A DNA stretch of 64,000 bases from Asterias rubens. Lineage: Eukaryota. Positions 1-13,200 of the stretch are shown piece after piece (position 1 is the stretch's first letter; every line of letters starts with the position of its first letter). Below the pieces are notes generated by a model, which saw only the letters and a list, made by a program, of their open reading frames with translations, searched no databases and was not told where the DNA came from. Position numbers and translations under genes: made by a program. The stretch is taken from the NCBI RefSeq assembly GCF_902459465.1, contig NC_047080.1:744001-808000 (forward strand). The letters run 5' to 3'.

Positions 1-462
1 CCGTATGGCCCCACCACTTTTTTACTCTTTTTTACTAAAAGGGATATCTCATTGAGGTAAATTAGATACTATATTATTTCATATCGAATGAAAAAGTGGT
101 GGCGCCATTCGGAAACTTTTCCGGTAACAAAAATAACAATAATTAAAACCATTGAATCAAATGCCTGTTTGAAGAGATGTGTTTTCAGTTGTTTTTTAAA
201 TTGGGTCAAAGAAACGGATGATTTTACTACACAACAAGATAATTCAAACAGAGTTAATTATTTGGAAGGCTCATTGACAAAATGCCAAATCTACCCCCTT
301 CCGTTCCTCGCCCATCTAAACAAAACACAACTCCTCGTGCATGCTCTTATTATTTTCTCAACGCACGTTGACCATCATACAACAACAACACACGACCTCA
401 CGTCGCAGTATACAATCACCATTTATAAAAAATAATATAATTTAAAAAACTACACAACTCAC

Positions 463-760
463 CTCCCGTTTTAACATCAATTTATGACCTGAAAATGCCT
501 TCACGTGCACCCTAAATCCCCCTTAAATCATCATTCAATCAAATGGCCTAATTTCTAGGGCAGGCTCCTCGGTTTCTTTGACGAAATTCAGAGAAAACTG
601 TCAGGAAAAACACGTCACATTACTGTAGTATTAATGGAAATGTTGCTTCGCTCGTTTGTCGTGAACCCGTAGCCTTGCTCCGACGGCGGACGGACGGCCT
701 GCATATTATTCTTGTGTGTACCACGATTACTTGTGGTTTTTGTACGTGAAAATGTAACGT
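463..760 (-). other. Probable first (5' UTR) exon of an unidentified gene running off the left edge
   Basis: Minus-strand donor GAG|GTGAGT with the intron starting at 462. CpG-rich island at about 640-830 with a CRE (TGACGTCA, 808-815) just upstream. The 5' boundary is a guess. The exon contains a short ORF at 704-615. Confidence 0.4.
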
Positions 761-2777
761 ACGCTGGTGGTGCGGGGGGGGGGGGGGGGGCAGTCACCCG
801 AAATGTATGACGTCACTTACTGACCAACCGTACTTAAAGGGGTGCTTTTTAAAAATAAATACAAATTAATACAAAACTAATAAACACATCATTCTGCCTT
901 TTTGCCAATACTGATCGCCGTACCGCGGTAAGCAGTAAGAGGAAAATAAGCTACAGCATTGAGGTAGATGGCTACACTCACATCACCAAAAACAGGAATC
1001 CCAACCCAAACGGGAGACCCATCAACTCATGATGTGTAATTAATTTACAAAGCATGCAAGGGCACAATTTCATTATAAGTTCAGAACAAAGCTGCTCATT
1101 CCAGCGTAAGTCCCATTTATGACAAAAGATGACAATAACGATGATGATGATTTTGTTAAGAAGGCGATTAGATTAATTGATGTAGTTTTGTTTTGCCTTT
1201 CTTTTAAGTGAAAATTAATGCAAATTGTATTATATGCAAATGCAAATGTATTATATGAATGAATATAATACATACACCGGGCAAAGTATTAATTAATTAA
1301 CTAATTTTACGGAATGGCAGAAAAGACATATTATTACGATTTTTACTTTAAATCTTGGAACTATTCAAATTCTTGTACCTAATATTTCAACAGAGGGCAG
1401 CATTCAAGTCAAAACATTCTTCAGAAACTGAACAGCTTTTTATAGGCCTAATAAATGCAAAGAATACTTTGCAAGCATAGCCATCCTTAATTTGAAAGGT
1501 TTTTTTACATAAAAATGACGGTGTTAGTTCTAACCACAGATTCACACAACTTTTTCACCGTCATTATTAATTTAATCGTATCAATGATTTGTTTGATAGT
1601 TACAAAGAAACATGAAGTATGCCTACATGGAGAACCCAAACTACTTGTCAAAAGTGTCAGGAAATTGTGATTAGTGTCGCAATGTCATGTGATTACAGCA
1701 GAACATGAATCAATCACGATTGCGTGTTGGGCATGTGCCCATAATTTACACTCCTTTTAAGAAAAGGCTGCCAAAAAGTAGAATTTCCTCCCTAGAGGAG
1801 GTCACTGAGATTTCTTGTTGACTTGTAGTTTTTCCAAAGTTTGTAAAGAGAGAAGTAGGTCAGTTGTTCACCCAATCATTTCCCGCTGGGCGAACGTAGA
1901 CATTACAACGACCTAGGCCTACTTAACTCTTTTTTTTTGTCATAGTGTCCCCCCAATGTAGCAGGGGAGTGCCTTATTGACGCCGCACCCCTTATCAGCC
2001 GGAGTTTTATCACGTGACGGAATTGGGTAGGCCTATTTCTTATAATGACATCTGAACTTTATTGGAACTTAGTGTGAATTGGTTTGAAAGATCCATATTA
2101 TTTTGAGTTGTGTATTTATTGCACCATAAAGGAAATCTACCATTCATAAACGAATTCACATTCATCTGCCTCTGATTTTGACATTATATAGCCTCTTTTG
2201 CAACTTGGGACCACTTGCTGAATGTGGAGGTAGAATTCCAGAAGAGCGCATGCTCCGCGGCTTGTTTGTTTTTACGTTGCCCGTCCTTCACCTTGATGTT
2301 CTTTGAAGTTGAAACAAACATATTTTGCGGCCCCATCGGGGCACTTAACTTTGTGCAATCCACTGGCAAGTTGTTGTGTTCTGCTTGACATGCAAAAATG
2401 GTCTTCTTCGAAACACTGCTGCTAAAAAATTAACCACAACCATGGAGGTAGAATTCAGAGCCTAACGACGGAGCCCAAGCCGAGGTTTAAGAAAAGACAC
2501 CTTAGTAGTTTCGAAAAGGCTTTGAGACTGCTTCCACTTGAAGCACGCCCTCTACTTAAATAAAAAAATGTTACAGCCACATGTCTGATTTGATCATGAT
2601 GACACAGCCCTTTAATTACCTCCCCTACGATCCTCTTCATTAAAGGGACTAAGATAAAGGAGGCGGGGCAATTTAAACACGCATCAAGAAACAATTTATA
2701 GAGATAAATCAGAATAAAAATAGCTATAACCTGACGATGAGGGCAGTATACACCTTCAGCAAACTTGCTCTGGAATA

Positions 2778-2942
2778 GGCCCTTTTCGAAATCACACAGC
2801 TTCGGCTTCAGGCTCCGTCCTCTCATCTGAAGCGCTCTGACTGTGTATACGCACACAGAGGGCAATCAACTGTCAAAACAACCGCGGGCCAAGCTAGCCT
2901 GAAGCCGAATCCAAAGCCGAAGCCCTCGTTTCGGAAAGGGCC
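2778..2942. mobile_element. MITE with terminal inverted repeats and a 3-bp target-site duplication (PIF/Harbinger-like)
   Basis: Left end GGCCCTTTTCGAAA..GCTTCGGCTT and right end AAGCCGAAGC..TTTCGGAAAGGGCC. Flanked by ATA on both sides. A partial related right end lies at about 2468-2520. Confidence 0.65.
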
Positions 2943-5900
2943 ATAGATGTTCAGGTTAGCTCTGGGACATAAAAGAGCGTGTATCAAAACAGAAAATCAA
3001 TGGGGTGTAAATATATCAAAATGGGTTAATGTCTAACAAAACCGAATGAAGAAACAATAAAATGAACCTCACTATTACCATATTTATTTTATTCTACATT
3101 TCAATATCTCTATATACAAATTTTAACCAGAAATCTTTAATTAGAAGAATAACATCCAACATTACAACTCTTCAAATCTAAGCAAGCTATAAAATTGTAA
3201 ATTATTACAAATGCTCATTCCACTGTGCTTTGAGTTTACACATTAGATGACTTATAATTAATATCAAGGTATCTCTTTCACATCTGGATAAAATGTAACG
3301 ACAATAATTAATCCCAAACACCCACAATAGAAGACAATCCAATAAAACAAAATGTTAATTTTCGTCCTAATGAAAGTCAAGCTCACTATTATAATTGAAA
3401 GGAGATTTAAAGTGGCCATAATTTCTTTTAAAACAAAACAATAAATATTAAGTTTTCATTGAAAACGAATCCTGTTTTGAGCAAAATAACAAGCGGACAT
3501 TCATAATTGAATATCAAAAACTTCATAAAAAATATCTTTGACTAAGTTTGATGATTGAATTTATGTAGTAAATACAATGATAAACCCCCTCTATGTTCAT
3601 TGTGCCTGGAGCATTACAGAAACCAGCTCAACTCCTTTGGAGTATGCAGCACCAGCAACCAAATGAAAGCATAGGTTGCTATTCATTCGCATAAACAAAT
3701 CTCCCATGTACCCGTTAATTCTGGGGCGATGATAAGCAATATGCAGATGACTGGGATTCTAACCCACACTATAATGACCCAATCATCAGTACTTCTGTTT
3801 AATTCATGGTTGAGGTCTGGAGACCACTATAATTCTCTTTGTGCTAAGCACTCAATACAGCTTTAAATGGCATATTCTACTTCGTGCTAAGCTCATTTTG
3901 GCAACCATCTTCTGAAAGTTCAACTTGTGAAACTGGTGTGAGAAAATAATAAAGCTGTAGCATTTCTGTGCTCTAATAATATTAATACAAAATATGTAAA
4001 ACTTCCCCCGAAATCAAGATAAGGTTGTAGAAGTTCAAGATATTTACATGTGACCAACTTGACCCAGTGTCTGCCCTGTGTCCAATGAGTTTAATTAAAA
4101 CATGTTTATTTCTCAAATTCTTTCTGCTGATCACAAAATAACTGATTGTACCTTGTGCATGAAAACAACTTTTCCCCACCTCAAAAAGTGATATGCACTT
4201 AAACATACACATAACATAGCTTTTACAATAGCTTTAAGTATTTTTTTCAACTTCCACCAGAATCTATCATTGTGTCTATGAATCTATTACCGACTGAAGT
4301 TATAAGTTATTTGTAATATCAATCTTAATTATTTCAACCTTCAAGGTAAATCTACTTGTCACAGTTTTCATAATTATTTCTTATTCTTATTTTCACATTT
4401 TATAAATTACATTATTGTTGAACCTTTTTCTACATTAATTAATTGTTCACACCAGAGATACTTTCACAAAATAAATATAGCTTTGATTAAATATATATAT
4501 TTCCTCTAGTTTGCTTCCGGAAAGATTTGAGAGAAGTGCAACAAATATATACAAATAATTAACCTTAGTATGACTAAACCAGGGCCTGAACGATAAATAA
4601 GAAGAGAATTTCAAATATTTGAAGTGATTAAATGAAAATTAATATAATAACATTAGAGGAAAAAAAACATAATTAGATAAATGAATAAAAATAAGAATAA
4701 TTTATTAACTGATATGATGTTTGCTTTTAAATTTTCAAATACAAAAAATGAGCAAAGGTTATTTGATTAAGAAAACAAGTCAATAAAAAGAAAAACCTTA
4801 AGAAGTTTGAATATGGAAACTATTTGATGCAATGTCACGTTTTTACTAAGTTAGGCCATCACATTAATTCATCAAGGTTTTGTTTTAAAATTTGTTGTTT
4901 ATTTATGAGGAAAGATTTTTGGAATGTGTTGTCTTTGAAACCCTGAAGCCATACTCGGACATCTCTGAATCTTGTAATAAGCAATTACACATTTCCAGAT
5001 AAAAGTTTGACTAAACCTTATACATTTGTGTAACTGTTAGTGTAAGATACAAGTGAGTATTTGTGAAGATTCGTTATCCATAACGAGAATTATTGCTAAT
5101 TTCGATAATACAGTATCTCTAGCTATATAGAATGGTTTACACTTCAAGTGAATTAATTCGCACAAGGTGTTTAACGTGTATATGTAAGTACTTTGTTGTA
5201 ACATAAGAATACAATCTATGAAAATTTACAGCTCAAAGACGTGACCACCTTATATTGAAAACATAGTCAAAATATATACAGATCATACCTTACATTTATC
5301 TGGGTGTTTTTACATTAAATTAAACTGAAAGACAATTAATTTGTTAACGCAAAAACCTTAATTTTTAAGACTTTAAAAACTGCGGTTCATCTTTACTGTT
5401 TAGAGTAGCTTTTTTTGCAAAACACGATTTCACCCAGTGAGAACAAGAAATTATTATGACAAGCCAAATTAACAGTGCAGTCCTGTTCAACAGGGTCATT
5501 TGCATAATTTATGCAAAACAGATGTAACTACTACTACATCTGTAATGATCTTATTTACATATTGACAGCAACCTTCGACTTGGAAATCACCTTTTATGTA
5601 CACACAGATAGAACAAGCAAAAACCCAGTATAGAATGGAAATATCCCAATTTAAAAATCAAGTTTAAGTGATAATAAAACCCACATTTTCACAATTCAGA
5701 TAAAATTAGTCACACAAAATGGAATGAAATAATCATTTTTAAATTTACAGACATCTGGCAACTCAATACCTTACTGCTTAGCAGGGGAAAAAGTTGCTAA
5801 GCAGGATCAGGACACCAATCCAAATGTTACAAACTGTGCGTTTTGTTTGACCAGTGCCTAGCTTTGATAAGCCAAATTTACTCAAATCCTATACAAATTT

Positions 5901-7299
5901 ACTCAACACTGTTTGAAATTGCGCGATGCATATTCAGTGGTTCTCGAATATAAAATACTTTCCAATGTCTTTAAAAAAGAAGTTATGAATAATTCCAATA
6001 AACATAATTTATACAGTTTAGTGTAGTTTCCAATGAATATTGAATATATTAATTTAAAATCATCATCATCATGGTATCTAAAAATAACACAATATGTACA
6101 GTGCACGCTATTAAAATATTAAATTTAAAATATCTTATTTGAATGTCAGGGAAGTCCTTTGCTAAAAATTGTAGCTGAAAATATTATCTCACTTAAAAAA
6201 AAAAATCACACACAAATAAATAATTGAATGGCTGCAATTTTCTCAAGTATTTGGTAAACTTCTTCATGTCCACAGTCGAAAGGACATGGTGCAGTTAGAT
6301 TAAACTTTTTGAATTATTTTATTTGGTAAAGAGCACCATAGAGCTGTCAGAAATGACACCCTATGAAGGAATGTAGTTTTAGAGAAAGGGGTAATTTTCA
6401 CCCTAAGATTTGAAGCTGAGAAAGTCTTCAGATGTGAATCCTTTCTTGAGCATCTCAAAGTACACAATTCTATGCAGCAAGGGTGTTTTTTTCTTTCTAG
6501 CAATTTCAATAACTAATTAAACCAAAGTCTTCATGCATATAATATTTGGATACATCAGGTAAGGATACTGGTCTTTGACATAAAGATAAACCCTGCCAAT
6601 GAAGTTTTGTGATACACTTTGATAACCTCAAATTAAAAAGTTTCTTACCTCGCATTAAAATGTAAAATTTAAAACATGACATCTCAGTGCTCATTTGGAT
6701 TGATTTGTCTAAGGGAAAAGGGGTGGGGGGGGGGAGATGGATCCAATAGAGGTGTTTTTAAAGCTCACTACCTCAAAGTGCAAAGCACACAATAAATACA
6801 AAACAGTGTATTTGCCAGACTTTGTCAACAGACTTTTACACAAAAGCTCTATACCATTAGTGGATTTGATATTTGAGCACATTCTCAGGGTTATTTACAC
6901 TTAATGAACCTGTGAATGTGTATTACTTTACGCAACGCTGCCTATTCAGAATAAACTGCACTCAAGTTACTCTCACAGACAGACAAGAGAACCTCCTCAC
7001 AGTGTCAACATACTACAATTTAGATTTTGCTCCGATCACAGTTGGATATCACAAACTGGCACGCAATGTATAAACAGCAGTTACCATCCACTACAAATTT
7101 ATTAAAAATCCACCTTCAATTTGAAGAGCTTTTTGGCTGAAAAGGTTATTTTCCAATCAAAATAATAAATTCACAAAATATATTCCCATGGAAAATCTAC
7201 TTAATGTAAAATCAGCCAGAAACACTTTTAGTGACTTGTGAGCAAGACTACTCAATAGCCTCTGTATATGAAACGACCATTGACCTTTGCCCTTTGTCT

Positions 7300-10200
7300 T
7301 CAAAACAGAAGGGCAGCGGAACCAGACCCTGCAGATGAGAAGTAGTCTCCTGAGTCATCGTATGTGATTGCTAATTCATCCGAGGCTGGTTCGTCTGTTG
7401 GTGGAGGCTCTTCTTCTTTGGGTGTAGGGGCTGAACGTTGTTGCTGCTGCTGCTGACGGAATGATGATGGACTGAAGTTCTGCATGTCCTTAGGGGTGAA
7501 ACTTTGGAGACCTACGGAAAAATGCAAACAAATAAAAGCAAATTTGGGTTAGCATCAAGGGTATAATAATTTAACATTTCAATAATAACCCTCAAAGGCC
7601 CAATTACATCTTTTAGATGATGTAGCCAATGTAGCCAATGGTTGAATACGCACACGCTAATTCAACCAATTGAGGGCAAGCCTTGTTAAGGGAAGGTACA
7701 CGTTTGGTAATTACTCAAAATAAATATTAACTTCAAAACTGACTTGGTAATGAGCATTGGAGAGCTGTTGATAGTATAAAACATTGTGGGAAACAACTCC
7801 CTCTGAAGTAACGTAGCTGCGCGTATTGCAAGGGATCTATTTTGTGTGAGAAATTAATAGCTCCACCTTGCATAACGCTAAACGCTACAGGTACGCTGAG
7901 TTCACGCGCACATTTTTACGCACAGAGAACAGCTATTGTCTGATGATCTGCCTCCTTTTTGAGATTGTGACCTCACATGCAATGAGTCTATAATTAATTT
8001 TAAATCTCTACCATACCTTCATGAGCTAAGACGTTGTCGGTCTTTGCAGAGGGTACCGACAAATCTCCCAGATCAATATCATCATCTTCTTCCACCTTAG
8101 CCTCTTGTCTTGGCAGATTACCGACTCGGGGGTTACCGTTCATACCTCGTTCCTCACGAAGATACTCGTCTAGCAAAGAGGACTCTGACTGATACTCGAA
8201 TACCTCACTCAAATTGGAATCATTGAAGGCGATTCTCAACTAAGGAGAAAAAAAACCCAAAAAAACTTTTGGTTAGGTTTTTGGAAAAATATGAAAAGCC
8301 AAAATAACAAGAAATTTGATCTTCTATAGCAGAGGCCAGCTTTTTTATGATCTTCACTCAAGGAAAAAAGAACAAATTGATGCCATACCTACACACAAGG
8401 TTAAAGCAATGTTTTATGAATCATAACAGTAAATATATTAAAAAGATTAGCCTTGACAGTTTGTTGTATGCAGGTAGGCCAACTAGACAGTTAGTAAATA
8501 TGTTGGGTGTTTTAAGACCTAACTTAAAAGTATAGTACATAATAAATATTAACTGTTTAAAGATATTATACACAACCATGGAGGTAGAATGAAAATGTGA
8601 AACAAAAATACAGGTGGATTTTGACGGGTTGGGTGGTTAGGATTTAGGATTATTGTCAACCAAGTTTGGGTTAAACAAACACAAATTGACTACAGAAGGA
8701 TTTGAACCAGTGAACTCTGAACGACTGTGTCCAAATATTGGCGGTCTCCCTTATTTGTAAAAATCTTAGTTCTGAGAAGCCGGTCAGAAGCTAACTTAAC
8801 CTACAGTCTATAACTGCTTGGTAACCGGGAATCACGACCAAGTTTATGATACAACCAACCTTACAGGGGAGGGATCACCTTAAGGGGAAGCGACTTTTCA
8901 GCTTTCATTTATAAAAGGCAGTGGACACTATTGGTAATTACTCAAAATTAACCTTGCTTGGTAACGAGTAATGGGGAGAGGTCGATAGTATTTATAAACA
9001 TTGTGAGAAATGGCTCCCACTGAAGCAATTGCTCTGAAATAATAATGTTTTCGAGAAAGAAGCAATTTTTCCCTCAGATTCCGAATTTTAGGTCTCGAAA
9101 TCGAGCATCTGAAAGCCACAACTTTGGTGACAAGGGAGTTTTTTCTGTCTCGCAACTTGGACGACCGATTGAGCTTGAATTTTCACAGGTTTGTTATTTT
9201 ATGCATATACATGTATGTTGAGATACACCAACTGTGAAGACTAGTCTTTGACAATTACCAATAGTGTCCAGTGTCTTTAAAGATATTAACTCCGCGACTA
9301 ATGCGGTAAAAACAAAAAAATATCGTAATTATCTCTAGAATGAATGCTCAAATGAAGGAAAGTTCCAGCTGACTAATTACTTGAATACCATAGCAACGGC
9401 CTTTAATTATGAAAATTGAGCACTTCATGGCATATCTCAGCCCTGCATACTTCATTTTTTTCTGAAAGGGCAAGGGCACCAAAGCATTTTCTCCTTTGTA
9501 AAAGGTACCATGAAAAAAAGCGTGAATTTTAATTGTAGCATTTCAAAGGCAGCAAGGCAATGACCAGGGGGCATGGAGACAAATGCCTTAAGTATCAGGC
9601 CTGTATCTGTACATTGACAGGGTATACTGTGAAAAACAGCATTACAACAGTTAGATGAATAAGATAATCCCTAGGCAAATGAAATCAATACTTTAAAGTA
9701 TATAATTGCCTTCAAATTTCAGAGTCTTTGACTGAATTATAAGCCAATATACAAGGGTGGGGGGGGGGGCAGTTTTCTGAAAGAGTCAATTTACACTATT
9801 ATTCATGCGTTTTTTTAAATTTTATATCAAGATCCTCCAGTTTTATTTAAAAATGCTCATCCTTCACCCACCTTGAGGCAAAACAAATACAAAACCACTT
9901 CTAAAAAGAAAATCACTCATGCAAAAGAAATTTTTAACACGACACCGCGTGAACATGCTGCTAACAAATCTCACTCAAACCACGGCAGTTTGGTTACAGA
10001 ATTTAATTGTAGTAAATCAATAGAGATGTTGAGTATTTGTTCTGACTGACAAGCATGATCAATGCAGGACATTGGTTCAATCTATTACTTATTGTTGAGC
10101 AGCTGTGGCTCAGCCAAATCCTGCTCAATCACATATTATTATCACATATATACTTCTTTCTGTTCCTAGCATACGTTTTCTTTTTCCTATACGAATTGAT

Positions 10201-13200
10201 CGATGCTAAATGCATCATGTGGTGTACTCAGCATTTGTAATCAATTTATGTGCGCAAACTCAGAAGATGCGGCTTGCTGTACATTCCTTTTCAACATAAT
10301 CTGTATTTGTGTAATTGATTTAAGACAGTGTGACATTATATATAATTAATATTTCTAGCTTGGTATGTATGTCTGTTTCCAAAACAAAACCGGAATAAAA
10401 TATGAATTGTAATTTGCCAAACTCAGGTCTGGACAATAAATCCATATCAATTTCACTCATATATTCTTTGACACGTTTGAATAATAATAACAAGTTCTTA
10501 TATAGCGCATTTCACAATAAACTGTATCAATGCGCTTTACATAAGTCCCCTGGTCATTGAGCCAATAAACATCCCTTTAATCTTTCTCAGCTCCCATTAG
10601 AGAGTATACAGCCCTGAGCTGCTGTGGCGCTCCGAAAGCTTGTCATTCACAATATCAACCTCTACCCTCGCAGGTACCCATTTATACCCCTGGTTTGAAG
10701 ACATTCGACCGAACAAATATTTAAAAATAGCACAATATGTAAACACTGATTATTCTGAGTGTTCCCTTACATTCCTCTACATTAATAATATAAACTCTAA
10801 ATGAAAATCTGGTAAAGGACACTAGAATATATTTCTATGTTGCCCTTGGAAACTGTGAAACATAATTTCCCCAGCAGCTGATGATCCGATACAAGCCACA
10901 GCAATAATTACTTTCGTCAGTGATGAAATGTTAGTCAGATATACACGATGCAGGCTTACAACCAAGTTTATTTACGTCCGTCCTCAACTAATGCGTGATA
11001 ACCGATTGCGCATAGTCCAAGGCAGTTGGTCCAAGGTCGAATTTTCATAAATGAGGTCGGATTTTCATAAATGAGGACGCCTTTTGTGATTGTAACTAAT
11101 TGCAGTGCCTTAAGGCTAGATAACCATGAGATAAAACGTAAACGGAAATAAATGTCTGTTCATTGCAAACTGGATGCCTTTGAAACAAATCCCATCCTTA
11201 TTCAAACCGATTGCTAACTTCCTGTGTTATGGTAAACAGATGAAGCCATTACTGTCTTGTTACACAGTGAATGTTTTCTCAACCTTTTATCATTAGGGAT
11301 TGCCTGAGGCTCAAATATTACACTGAACTTCCACTAATAGTTTGGTGTCAGGCAAGTATATTTATGAACCACCAGTTTCCATGGTATTGTGTTGTGTTTT
11401 TAAAATTGAATATTAGTTAATAATAATACCTTCACTTGTATAATATCTTGAAGAAAAAACAAGTTGTGTTCTAAATATTTACTTTTGAGTCTGATAACAT
11501 ACCTTCCAATTCTTTTGAGTAAAATGGTACAAGTTTAAAGTCACCCTAAATAAATGTTCTCTTACATGTCTTAGTGCTTGTTCAAATAAAAACAGTTAAA
11601 TGCCAGTGAAACTGTGACAGGAAGTTGTTTTCCTCATTTTGATTCTGGTCTTGTATAAAAACCATTCTGGTCCAGTAGAGGCCTATATTTTGAGCTACTA
11701 GAAGTACTATGGTCCCCCCCCCCACTCCTAAGCCCTATTGCTCAAAACCGAAACCCCCGGCCCTCGATATAATCTGTCAGAAAGTGTCATTTGTTATAAC
11801 TAATTTAGTTAGGCCGATCATCTTGAAAAGAAATAAAGCAGTGGGGACCCTATTTTATTTCAGTTGATTTTGAATGATTGATGGAGATGTGATTTTGCAT
11901 TATTCAGTTAATTTGAAAGGAATGTGGCAGAGAAGTACCTCGGCAACAGAGGACATGGTCTTGTACAAATGTAGATTATGTGAAGTTCCAGTCAATTCAA
12001 TCAGTGTGCAGGATTTATACGTGGCAACAATGACCACACCCTTGGGTTCGTGCTCTCTTGTCTTTTATAAACATTGTACATATTTTTTATTATACATTAT
12101 CTACATTTGTACAACCCACAGTTTAGACTAAATCACTCACTGAACGAAACCACCTTGGCAAAAAGGATGTTATTATTCAATTGCTTCCTGAAACTGTCAT
12201 TAGGAAGTACTTACAGGAAATCCAAGTAGAAATGTTTAGAAATAACAATCATTGGTAACACATTGGCTAGACAAACATACATGTAACAATAACCTGTACA
12301 ACTTCAGATCACATTGAACCTTGAGTTTAAAATTGTGTTCGAGTATTGACCTCAAATAAAAAGCCAATGAAATTAAACTTTGTGTTTGTAAGGCCACACA
12401 AAGTGTGAGGAGATTGGATGTGAAGTTCCAGTCAATTCAATCAGTGTGCAGGATTTATACGTGGCAACAATGACCACACCCTTGGGTTCGTGCTCATAAA
12501 CTTTAAACACATACACAGCGGTACATGCCAGCAGGAAGTTTTTTGTTGATTTTGTTCATCTAGGCATATTGTCTGAATAGTTTAACAAAAATCCCTTACA
12601 TAAAATGTTCAACAAACACAGTGCACAAAATTAATGTGTGCATTATAAAATGAATATTGTAAAGGACTGGTGCGCTGAGGTCAGGAACGTGTTTGGGGGG
12701 GGGGGGGGGGGTCACACTAATTCATGTACTATTGTTAAAAACGTTAAGTGCACAATGTAAAGCTTCCCAGTAAGGCAGGGAAATGTTGTGCCCTACTCAG
12801 CAACTCTTTCACACTGTCCACGAACTGCTAATGTTAATTTACAAGGTTTCAGGTGGTTTTTAGTTGGGTTGTTTTTGAATATTTGTATACATTATGTATT
12901 TTATATTGAAGATGTGTGTGGTTGTTCAGGACTTGGATCGTATTTCAGAAGGGCCACAGCAATATCCCTCTGGTCCGGTAAGGGGCACTACTTTGAAGAA
13001 AATGTAAATTTGTATTGAATTTGTTTTGCAAAAGGTACCACAGCGAAAGTACATAGCAATTGCTTTGGGTGCCAGAGGTTATTTTGAGGCTGGTTGTTGG
13101 TCGACATTTTGTTATTTTGTTGATGGAATTGTTTGTGAAGGGTGGTTGTTTGCATTTTGCTTTGCTAGGGTGGCATTGATTGTACAATAGCAGTAGTCTG

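Noticed and set aside
2725-2770. Third hammerhead candidate CTGACGA-TGAGGG..CCTTCA-GCAAA
   Set aside because: GAAA is interrupted, and no stem I or NUH site can be formed.
2778-2792. Histone 3' stem-loop-like GGCCCTTTTC
   Set aside because: It is a MITE terminal repeat, the second arm is missing, and no histone ORF is present.
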